Assembly: GCA_018057015.1 (NCBI GenBank)
Contig: JAGPES010000001.1
Coordinates: 1 to 43,942, forward strand
DNA from: Pseudomonadales bacterium
GTDB lineage: Bacteria > Pseudomonadota > Gammaproteobacteria > Pseudomonadales > UBA5518
DNA length: 43,942 nucleotides
Direction of reading: 5' to 3'
Part shown: positions 15,481 through 23,468 of the stretch, in pieces
Position numbering within the stretch: the stretch's first letter is position 1
How the letters are laid out: every line of letters starts with the position of its first letter
Notes under the pieces: generated by a model
Told to the model about the DNA's origin: nothing
The model's input: only the letters and a program-made list of their open reading frames with translations
The model's database searches: none
Translations under genes and position numbers: made by a program

Positions 15481-17646
15481 TCACATCGGCCGCAATACCC
15501 CGCGTTCTTCCAGCTCCAGCAGCAACAGGTGCTGCAGCAACTTGTCCTTCGGCGTGTCCGGATGCGCCAGCCCGATCCGCTCGAGGTAGGGACGCGCCTG
15601 GTCTTCGTCGACGTCGGTCATGAACGAGCGGATCACCGCGCGCAGCAGGTGCGCGGGCTGCTCCATCAGGGCCTTGATGTCCTTCAGGCTGCCGCCCAGC
15701 GCGACCTCCTCGGGCGTGAAATCGGTCCCCAGCGGAAAGGCCGGGAAATAGCCGCGCTTGCGCCACGGACCCAGCGCCCCGGCGATGCGCTCGGGAAGGT
15801 TGTGGCGCTGCGCGTCCGGGATTTCCCAGTCGGGGTCGATCTTGCCCGCGTGCCGCGCGGCCTGCAGCAGCTCGGGCTGGAAGCGCGAATCGGCGATGCC
15901 GAGCAGCGCCTGGATGATCTCCTCGTCGCTGCGCCCGCGAAGATCCACTGCGCCGTACTCGGTGACCACGACGTCGCGCAGGTGGCGCGGGATCGTGGTG
16001 TGCCCGTAATGCGGCACGATGTTCGAACGCAGCGCCTTTGCTGCACCGCGCGTGGCGCGGATGCAGATGATCGAGCGCGCGCCGGGCAGTTCGTGGGCCT
16101 GGGCGACGAAGTTGTACTGCCCGCCGACACCGCTGACCACCTCGCCGCTCTCGAGTCCGTCGGAAACGACCGCGCCGCCGAGCGTGACCATCATCCCGGT
16201 GTTGACGAAGCGCGCGTCGCGCCGCTGCGCCTCGCGCAGCACCGGGTCGTCGATGCGGTTGATGCGCCGCACGCTGTCCATGCCGATCAGCTCGGATTCG
16301 GCACGCGGCATCGCGGCCAGCGCCTGGTAGAAATCACGCGGCCCGAGGAAGAAGCCCCCGTGCATGTGGACGCCACCGAGCAACTGCTCGCCGAGCGCGA
16401 ATGCGCACACGACCTGCAGCGCAGCCGCATCGTCGATGGCGGCCGGGCACTCCCGCCCTGCGCGCACCAGCAGGCCGTCGCGCCAGTCGACCGCGGCATC
16501 GAACACGCCCCACTGCTTGAGGAAATCCACGTCGGACGCCGCGAGCGGCGAGCCGATCACGCCATCGTCGCGCAGCGCCGCCAGCAGTGCGGCGTCCGGC
16601 CGCTCCGAAGCGCTCCGGTTCAGCGCTCGCTGCAGGCCGGGGTGATCGTAGACGCGGCGCCGCACGATGCCGGCGCGCATCAGGTGCAGGAAGCCGTTGA
16701 CGAACATCTCGCTGCAGCCGTAGATGCCCTGCTCGAAGCGCCCCAGGCCGCCGATGCGCCCGACGAGCTCGGGATCGGTACCGAGCGCCGCAACCACCTC
16801 GCGATACGCAGGGTTCTCCTCGTGGCGCAGGCGACTGGCGTAGACGATCGCGTCACCGAGCGAGCCGATGCCGATCTGCAGCGTGCCGCCGTCGCGCAGC
16901 AGCGCGCTGGTGTGCACCCCGATCGCGAAGTCGGTGACGCCCACCGAGAGGTTGGGCGCGGCGAACAGGGTCTTGTCGTACTCCGGATTGACCAGCAGCG
17001 CGTCGAAAGACTCCGGCTCGACCAGCGCGCGGTTGTACATGAACGGCATTTCCGCGTGCACCTGGGCGATGGCCATGCAGGGTGCGCCACGCTGGCGCTG
17101 CGCGGCCAGCCAGGGCAGCAGGTCGAGCGAGGTGTCCGTGTTCGACGACAGGCTCAGCATGCGCCGCCCGTCGATCTCGCGGCTCGCGACGAGTTGCACC
17201 AGCACGTTCAAACCGCGGTCGACCAGGTCGCGCGAGGCGAAGGTGTAGTTGCTGGACACATAGTCGCGCTGTGCCTGTGCCACGCCCTTCATCGAGCCGG
17301 CGCGGAAATAGAACTCGTGCACGCGCACATTCGGCGGCAGGCTGCCCTCGCGCAGCGCCGCCATGTACTCGAGTTCCTCGTAGCTGCCGAACTGCCGTTC
17401 GATGAACGGGCCGAGAAAACGCTCCTCGAGCTCGGAACCGGGTCGCGGCTTCTCGAGCGACAGGCCCGTGAACAGCGTGAACTCGATTTCCGGGTCCGCC
17501 AGCGCGCGGCGGTAGAAGGCGTTAAGCAGCTGGTTCGGCTTGCCGATCCCGATCGGCGCCCCCACCATGAGGCGCTTGCCGACACGCGCGATGGTGGCCT
17601 CCACGCATTGCTCCACCGTGCGGTATTCGATCGCGGACGATGCCAT
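15481..17646 (-). CDS. Acetyl-CoA hydrolase/transferase family protein (long form), 721 aa
   Basis: Internal ATG 17646 of track ORF 15481..18045. Motifs are VGAPIGIGKPNQL, GTLQIGIGSLGDA, CSEMFVNG and SGVGGQYNFV, characteristic of the CoA-transferase fold. The upstream 133 codons of the track ORF overlap DUF4124 on the opposite strand. Confidence 0.8.
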   Translation of the reverse strand: MASSAIEYRTVEQCVEATIARVGKRLMVGAPIGIGKPNQLLNAFYRRALADPEIEFTLFTGLSLEKPRPGSELEERFLGPFIERQFGSYEELEYMAALREGSLPPNVRVHEFYFRAGSMKGVAQAQRDYVSSNYTFASRDLVDRGLNVLVQLVASREIDGRRMLSLSSNTDTSLDLLPWLAAQRQRGAPCMAIAQVHAEMPFMYNRALVEPESFDALLVNPEYDKTLFAAPNLSVGVTDFAIGVHTSALLRDGGTLQIGIGSLGDAIVYASRLRHEENPAYREVVAALGTDPELVGRIGGLGRFEQGIYGCSEMFVNGFLHLMRAGIVRRRVYDHPGLQRALNRSASERPDAALLAALRDDGVIGSPLAASDVDFLKQWGVFDAAVDWRDGLLVRAGRECPAAIDDAAALQVVCAFALGEQLLGGVHMHGGFFLGPRDFYQALAAMPRAESELIGMDSVRRINRIDDPVLREAQRRDARFVNTGMMVTLGGAVVSDGLESGEVVSGVGGQYNFVAQAHELPGARSIICIRATRGAAKALRSNIVPHYGHTTIPRHLRDVVVTEYGAVDLRGRSDEEIIQALLGIADSRFQPELLQAARHAGKIDPDWEIPDAQRHNLPERIAGALGPWRKRGYFPAFPLGTDFTPEEVALGGSLKDIKALMEQPAHLLRAVIRSFMTDVDEDQARPYLERIGLAHPDTPKDKLLQHLLLLELEERGVLRPM

Positions 17647-17806
17647 GGCATTACCCCTGCTGACATGGTTGTGCCGTGATAGTAGAGTCGTGCGCGGCCA
17701 CACGGCAACCGGGCCGGTTCGCGATCTCGCTCCCGCTTGATCCGGATCAGTCGGGAGGCCGGAGCCGCGCGCAGGGGCTCGAACTGCACAGGGTGAGGAG
17801 ATCGGG

Positions 17807-18316
17807 ATGGACACGGCGCGAACACGGCGCTCACGGTCGCTGCGGATGCTGGCAATCGCGCTGGCGGGCGCGCTGCCTGCCCTGGGCGCGACCGTGTACA
17901 GGAGCGTCGATGCCGAGGGCAAGGTCAGTTTCTCGGACACGCCGCCCGCAGCCGGCACCGCCACCGAGGTGATCGAAACGCGCGACACCCACACCAGCCC
18001 CGATCCCGACTCGGCCGAAAGGCTGCAGCAGATGCGCGAGACCACCGACCGCCTGCGCGCCGACCGGCTGGCACGCGAGCGGGAGCGCGCGCTGCCGCCG
18101 GCCCCGGCCTACCCGGGCTATCCGCCGCAAGACGACGCGCAACTCGGCGACGAGGAGCGCTGGCTGCTGCCGTATTACCCGCCCTACCGGCGCTGGCACG
18201 GCGGCGGGCATCGTCCCCCGCCGCGACCACCGTATGCCGAACCCGAGCCCCTGCCCTCCGGCACCCGCTCGCTCAGTCCGCGCGGACTGAATTCGCGCCT
18301 GCGCGACGCACGCTGA
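17807..18316 (+). CDS. DUF4124 domain secreted protein with a Pro/Tyr-rich C-terminal region, 169 aa
   Basis: ORF 17807..18316 with RBS GAGGAG. A signal peptide LRMLAIALAGALPALGA is followed by VYRSVDAEGKVSFSDTPP, the DUF4124 signature. Confidence 0.7.
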   Translation: MDTARTRRSRSLRMLAIALAGALPALGATVYRSVDAEGKVSFSDTPPAAGTATEVIETRDTHTSPDPDSAERLQQMRETTDRLRADRLARERERALPPAPAYPGYPPQDDAQLGDEERWLLPYYPPYRRWHGGGHRPPPRPPYAEPEPLPSGTRSLSPRGLNSRLRDAR

Positions 18317-18325
18317 GCGCAGCCT

Positions 18326-19801
18326 TCACGCCAGGCTGAAGCGTCCGGCCGCCACGCGCACCTCGCGCCCGCAGCACTCCTCGCTCTCCAGCCGGTCCAT
18401 CAGCGCCTGGTCCGGGGTATTGGCCAGGGTGCGCGTCCCGTCGGGCTGATCGAGCAGCGCCACGCCGCAGACGCGCGCATCGTTGTGGTACATCACCGTG
18501 TAGCCGCAGATGCGCGCCACGCCGTCCGCGGGCGGAACCACCGTGCGTGGCGGCGATTCCGCGGCGACCTCCGCGCTCACGTCGGCGAACACGAAGCCGC
18601 GCGGACCCGGATCGGCCGACCACACGCCGAAGCCCTGCTTGGTCAGGTACCCCGACACCGAGCTCACCAGCCCGCTCGCGCCGGGCTTCTCGCGCAGCAG
18701 TTCCGCCATGCGCGCGGTGGCCTGCAGCACGTAGTTGTTCAGCGGTCCGCCTGCGAAGGGCATGCCGCCGGTCACGGTCCAGTCGCGATCGGCCGGAATG
18801 CCGAGTTCCGTGGCGTAGAGTTCGACCGCGATCGGGAAGCAGGAATAGAGCTCGACGAAGTCGAGCGCGCCGGGCGCGAGGCCCGTGAGTTCCAGCGCGC
18901 GCTGTCCGGCGATGCGCGCCCCGGGCAGGCGATGCAACTCGGGGCGCTCGGACAGGGCGAGCATGTGGTTCGATTCCGTGCTGGCGCGCGGAAACACCCA
19001 GCGATGGCGCGCAATGCCGAGCGCCTCGGCGCGCGCCGCCGAGCACAACAGCAGCGCCGCGGCCTGGTCCACGTTCCACGAGGTGTTGTGCAGCCTGGTG
19101 TACGGGAAGGCCAGCATGCGGTTGCGCGGCGTGGCATCACGGATCTCGGCGGGCGCGACGCGCTCGCGCTTCCAGGCGTGCGGGTTGGCCGCGGCGATCT
19201 CGCTGAAGCGGCTGTACATCGCCGCCATGCGGTCGCGGTGCTCGGCCACGCCCAGGCCCTGTGCGGCGCGAAAGGCGCTCTCCACCAGCGCGTAGTAGCC
19301 CACCGGCATCATGCCGAGACCGGAGTCGATTTCCAGCGGCAGTTGCAGTTCCTCCTGCGGCGTGAGTACCTCGTCCGGCGCCTCGTCGAAGGGCGTCTCG
19401 GCGGCCTCGGTGCCCGCGATCTGCGCCTGCAGCGCGCGAAAGCGCGCCTCGCCACCGACCACTATCGCGGTCTCGATCTCCCCGGCCGCGATGCGCGCGC
19501 AGGCATCGCCGATCAGCGTCTGCTGCAGGATGCCGACCTTCGCGTAGACGGTGCGCGCGGCCTCCGCGCCGATCGCGCGCGCGATCATCCGCGCCGGGTC
19601 GGCGTAGCCCCAGAGCCCCTGCGGCACGCTGATCAGCGCGGCCTGCGACGGCAACAGCGGCGCGCCACAGTCGGCGCCGGCGGCGCGCACGGCGTCGATC
19701 ATCAGCTGTATCGCCTCGCGTGCCTTCGCGGGATCCTTTTCCTTCTGCTCGACGATGCCGATGCCCACGAGCACCGGCGTGCGTGGATCGATTCCCTTCA
19801 T
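18326..19801 (-). CDS. Thiolase-like protein with extra C-terminal domain (TLP1-like); catalytic Cys/His apparently missing, 491 aa
   Basis: Internal ATG 19801 (RBS AGGGAG) of track ORF 18326..19846. The sequence looks thiolase-fold (IVVGGEARF, VDQAAALLLCS, FVELYSCFP, TGGMPFAGGPLNNY). By-eye alignment puts Gly where the nucleophilic Cys should be (YAKVG vs VNKVC), GGP where GHP is expected, and no C-terminal CxG. About 100 extra residues follow the thiolase core. Confidence 0.7.
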   Translation of the reverse strand: MKGIDPRTPVLVGIGIVEQKEKDPAKAREAIQLMIDAVRAAGADCGAPLLPSQAALISVPQGLWGYADPARMIARAIGAEAARTVYAKVGILQQTLIGDACARIAAGEIETAIVVGGEARFRALQAQIAGTEAAETPFDEAPDEVLTPQEELQLPLEIDSGLGMMPVGYYALVESAFRAAQGLGVAEHRDRMAAMYSRFSEIAAANPHAWKRERVAPAEIRDATPRNRMLAFPYTRLHNTSWNVDQAAALLLCSAARAEALGIARHRWVFPRASTESNHMLALSERPELHRLPGARIAGQRALELTGLAPGALDFVELYSCFPIAVELYATELGIPADRDWTVTGGMPFAGGPLNNYVLQATARMAELLREKPGASGLVSSVSGYLTKQGFGVWSADPGPRGFVFADVSAEVAAESPPRTVVPPADGVARICGYTVMYHNDARVCGVALLDQPDGTRTLANTPDQALMDRLESEECCGREVRVAAGRFSLA

Positions 19802-19846
19802 GTCTGCTCCCTTGCTGCTGCTCGTTGAACGGGTGGACGGCCGCAC

Positions 19847-20740
19847 TCAGAGCGCGGCGACGATGCGGTCGCGATACCCTGCCACCAGCGCCCGCAGCCC
19901 CGCGGGGGTGGTATCGCCGGCCTCGTAGGCGGCAATGATCAGGCGGTTCGCGCCGGCATCGCGGTAGGCACGCACGAGCCCCAGGTCCCAGGTCGCGCCG
20001 TGGCGCCAGCTGGCGGGCCACACCGTGACCGAGAAGCCCTCGAGGCTGCGCCCCGCGCCCGCCGCGGTGGCGCGGATCGTCGCCAGGCGCGCCGCGAGGT
20101 CATCGGGGGAGATCACGTAGGGGTAGAAGCCCTCGCCGCGCAGGCCGGCACGACGCGCCGCCGCCTCCGAGCTGCCGCCGATGTAGAACGGAATGCCGCC
20201 CGGCTGCACCGGCTTGGTGTCGCAGAACACCCGCTCGAAGCGCACGAAGTCGCCGCGGAACGTGGCCGGGTCGTCGCGCCACAGCGCGCGCATTGCGTCG
20301 AGGCATTCGTCCAGGCGCCGCCCGCGAGCGGCGTAGGGCACGCCCACCGCCTCGTATTCCTCCTTCTGCCAGCCGATGCCGATGCCGACCTGCAGGCGAC
20401 CGCCCGAGAGCGCATCGAGCGTGGCCAGGCGCTTGGCCAGCATCGCGGCGCTGTGCTGCGGACCGATCAGCACCCCGGTGGCGAGCCGCAGGCGAGCGGT
20501 GCAGGCGGCGGCGAAGCTCAGCCACTCGAGCGGATCCGGCATCATGGTGTCGGGGACCACCGGCGCGCGGCCGTCCGCGGAATACTCGTAGCGCGGCTCG
20601 TAGTCCTCGGCCATGATCACGTGCTCGGGCATCCACACCGATTCGGCGCCCTCCTCTTCCAGCATCGCGAGGAAGCTGCGCACCCAGCGCGGGTCGGTGC
20701 TGAAACGCCGGTCGCAGATCGGGATCACGCCGAAATGCAT
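19847..20740 (-). CDS. LLM-class (luciferase-like) probable F420-dependent oxidoreductase, Rv2161c/TIGR03619-like, 297 aa
   Basis: Internal ATG 20740 (RBS GAGGAGAGG) of track ORF 19847..20794. The sequence reads MHFGVIP...EEEGAESVWMPEHV...GGRLQVGIGIGWQKEEYEAVGVPYAARGRRLDECLDAMRALW...FYIGGSS. Confidence 0.75.
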   Translation of the reverse strand: MHFGVIPICDRRFSTDPRWVRSFLAMLEEEGAESVWMPEHVIMAEDYEPRYEYSADGRAPVVPDTMMPDPLEWLSFAAACTARLRLATGVLIGPQHSAAMLAKRLATLDALSGGRLQVGIGIGWQKEEYEAVGVPYAARGRRLDECLDAMRALWRDDPATFRGDFVRFERVFCDTKPVQPGGIPFYIGGSSEAAARRAGLRGEGFYPYVISPDDLAARLATIRATAAGAGRSLEGFSVTVWPASWRHGATWDLGLVRAYRDAGANRLIIAAYEAGDTTPAGLRALVAGYRDRIVAAL

Positions 20741-20763
20741 CGTCCTCTCCTCGTCGCACCCGT

Positions 20764-21738
20764 TTACAGCCAGCGCACGCGGCGGAATGCCCACAGCAGC
20801 CCGGCGGCGATGGCGACCATCGCGCCGAGCAGCACGAAGTAACCCGCATCCGAATGCAGCTCCGGCATGTGGTCGAAATTCATGCCGTAGATGCCCGCCA
20901 GGAAGGTCAGGGGCAGAAAGATCACCGAGGCAATCGTCAGTGTTTTCATGATCGAATTCAAGCGGTGGCCGTTCAGCGAGATGTAGCCGTCCATGAGGTC
21001 GCGGGAGAGTTCCTGCATCAGCGCCGAGAGGCTGGTGAGACGCTCCATGTGCTCGAATACATCCTGGAATTCATGCCCGGAGTCGGCGTTGAACAGCGGC
21101 GATTGCGCGTGGCGCAATTCGTCGAGGCAGGCCTGCTGGTAGCCGAAGGTACGGCGCAGCTTCTTCAGCCTGCTGTTGTAGTTGACGAGTTCCAGCAGCA
21201 CGGTGTCGTCGGCGTGCCCGGCGAGCGACTCTTCCAGGGCGTCGAGCCGGCTCTCGAGACCCAGTATCACCGGCGTGTAGCGGTCGACGATGCGCCGCAG
21301 CAGGCGATAGCACAGATGCACGCTGCCGCGCCCGGGCCCCACGGCGCCCTCGGCCACCGCCGACCACAGCGCGAGGATGCTGGGCGACGGCAGCGCGTGC
21401 ACCGTGAGCAGGAAGTTGCGTCCCACGAACATCGAGATGTGGACCACGGACAGGTTGTTGATGTCCGCGGTCTCGGCCGTGAAACCCTTGAACAGCACGA
21501 AGAAGTAGTCGTCGAACCACTCGAGTTTCGGCGGGTGGCGCTCGCGCAGCGCATCGCTGGCGGCCAGCGGGCTGATGCCGAAGCGCTCCGTCAGCAGCGC
21601 ACGCGCGGCCTCGACGGCGTGGCAGTCGATGTCGACCCAGAGCAACGCATCGCCGACCGGATCCCAGGCATCGATCAGCGCCGCATCACCGCAGCGCGGC
21701 GCTCCGACCGGCGACCCTTGCAGCAGCACGTTGATCAT
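20764..21738 (-). CDS. corA: CorA family magnesium/cobalt transporter, 324 aa
   Basis: Internal ATG 21738 (RBS GGAGAA) of track ORF 20764..21798. It has the YGMNF (GMN) motif and two C-terminal TM helices. The first 20 codons of the track ORF lie inside the REP array. Confidence 0.9.
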   Translation of the reverse strand: MINVLLQGSPVGAPRCGDAALIDAWDPVGDALLWVDIDCHAVEAARALLTERFGISPLAASDALRERHPPKLEWFDDYFFVLFKGFTAETADINNLSVVHISMFVGRNFLLTVHALPSPSILALWSAVAEGAVGPGRGSVHLCYRLLRRIVDRYTPVILGLESRLDALEESLAGHADDTVLLELVNYNSRLKKLRRTFGYQQACLDELRHAQSPLFNADSGHEFQDVFEHMERLTSLSALMQELSRDLMDGYISLNGHRLNSIMKTLTIASVIFLPLTFLAGIYGMNFDHMPELHSDAGYFVLLGAMVAIAAGLLWAFRRVRWL

Positions 21739-21753
21739 GCGTTCTCCGTCGCC

Positions 21754-21912
21754 CTGTGGGTCGGCATTCATGCCGACAGGTGCCCTGTGGGTCGACATTC
21801 ATGCCGACAGGTGCCCTGTGGGTCGGCATTCATGCCGACAGGTGCCTAGCTGAACCCAGCTGTCGCCATGAATGGCGACCCACAGATGGCGACCCACAGA
21901 TGGCGACCCGCA
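21754..21912. repeat. REP array: three tandem 31-bp units (CTGTGGGTCGGCATTCATGCCGACAGGTGCC), one inverted REP with a different stem, then 14-bp partial repeats
   Basis: Units lie at 21754-21784, 21785-21815 (one substitution) and 21816-21846. An inverted GTCGCCATGAATGGCGACCCACAG follows, then ATGGCGACCCACAG repeated about 2.5 times. It has the same GTGG head, 8-bp stem and TTCA/TGAA loop design as array 12341-12545. Confidence 0.85.
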
Positions 21913-21932
21913 ATCGGAACGCTGGAAGGGGT

Positions 21933-23468
21933 CTATGCGTTCAACAGCTCGCGCAGCTGGTACTTGAGCACCTTGCCGGCGGGGTTACGCGGCATCTCGT
22001 CGACGAAGTGCAGCCGCAGCGGCAGCTTGTAGCGCGCGAGCTTCTCCGCGGCGAAGCCGCGCAGTTCCTCCAGCGTGAGCGTGCTGCCCGGCACCAGGCG
22101 CACCACCGCTGTCACGGCCTCGCCCCACTTCTCGTCCGGCAGGCCGATGACCGCGACCTCGGCAATCGCCGGATGCTCGTAGAGCACGCTCTCGACTTCC
22201 GCCGGGTAGACATTCTCGCCACCGCTGATGACCATGTCCTTGACGCGGTCGCACAGGTACAGGAAACCGTCGGCATCGAAGTAGCCGACATCACCGGTGT
22301 GGAACCAGCCTTCCGCGTCGATGGCCTCGCGCGTGGCCTCGGGACGGTTCCAGTAGCCCTTCATGACGTTGGGCGCGCGCACACAGACCTCACCGCGCTC
22401 GCCGTGCGCGAGCGGGTGGTTCTGCGCGTCGACCACGCGCACATCGCCGTAGAGCGGCGGCTGGCCCGCGGATCCGAGCTTGGTCGCGATCCAGCGGCTG
22501 CCGAGAAAGCTCGCGAACGGCGCGGTCTCGGTGAGACCGTAGCCCTGGCACAGGCGGATGCCGCGCGCCTGGTAGATGCGCAGCAGCGCCTCGGGCACCG
22601 GCGCGCCGCCGCAGACCAGCACCTCGACGCTGGCGAGATCGGCGCTGGCGAATGCCGGGTGCTGCGCCATGAACAGGAACATCGCCGGCGCGCCGAACAT
22701 GGTGGTGACGCGGTAACGCGCGATGTCCTCCAGCACGCGGCCCGGATCGAAGCTGCGGTGCAGGATCACGTGCCCGCCGCCCTGCAGCCCGATCAGCGTG
22801 GTGACGTTCAGACCACCGATGTGGAACAGCGGCGCGGCGGTGAGGCTCACCTCGCCGGCGAAGTTCTCCGGCCCGAAGCGCGCGTTCACGTTGTTCCAGA
22901 AGATATTGCCGTGCGTCAGCATCGCGCCCTTGGGCCGCCCGGTGGTGCCCGAGGTGTACATGATCAGCGCCACGTCATCGGCCTCGACGCGTTCGGCCGC
23001 GGCGAGCGGCAGCACGTGCTCCGTCAGTTCCTCCCGCCCGGTCCATCCCGGCGCGCCCGATTCGGCGCCGACGAACTCCCGGCAGCAGAGGCGGTCGCGT
23101 ATGCCATCGATCACGGCCCTGTGCGCGTCGTCGACCACCAGCGTGTGCGCGCCCGCGTCGTTGATGATGAACTCCAATTCCGCGCCGGTGAGGCGGAAGT
23201 TGAGCGGCACGAAAATCGCGCCGATCGCCGTTGCCGCAAACAGCGTCTCGAGGAACACCGGATGGTTGTGGCCGAGGAAGGCAACGCGGTCACCGCGGTT
23301 TACGCCGCGCTTGCGCAGCGCGCTCGCCAGGCGGCGGATGCGGTCCGCGACGGCCGCGTAGCACAGCGTCTCGCCTTCGAAACTGATCGCCGGCAGCTGC
23401 GGCACCAGCGCCGCGCGCCGCAGGATCATCGCCCCGAGACCCACGTCGGGCAGCGGCATCTCACGCAT
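21933..23468 (-). CDS. FadD-type long/medium-chain fatty acid-CoA ligase (AMP-binding), 511 aa
   Basis: ORF 21933..23468 has YTSGTTGRPKG, GYGLTE, TGD and GKVLK motifs. ATG 23468 overlaps the RND stop by 8 nt (ATGCGTGA). Confidence 0.9.
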   Translation of the reverse strand: MREMPLPDVGLGAMILRRAALVPQLPAISFEGETLCYAAVADRIRRLASALRKRGVNRGDRVAFLGHNHPVFLETLFAATAIGAIFVPLNFRLTGAELEFIINDAGAHTLVVDDAHRAVIDGIRDRLCCREFVGAESGAPGWTGREELTEHVLPLAAAERVEADDVALIMYTSGTTGRPKGAMLTHGNIFWNNVNARFGPENFAGEVSLTAAPLFHIGGLNVTTLIGLQGGGHVILHRSFDPGRVLEDIARYRVTTMFGAPAMFLFMAQHPAFASADLASVEVLVCGGAPVPEALLRIYQARGIRLCQGYGLTETAPFASFLGSRWIATKLGSAGQPPLYGDVRVVDAQNHPLAHGERGEVCVRAPNVMKGYWNRPEATREAIDAEGWFHTGDVGYFDADGFLYLCDRVKDMVISGGENVYPAEVESVLYEHPAIAEVAVIGLPDEKWGEAVTAVVRLVPGSTLTLEELRGFAAEKLARYKLPLRLHFVDEMPRNPAGKVLKYQLRELLNA

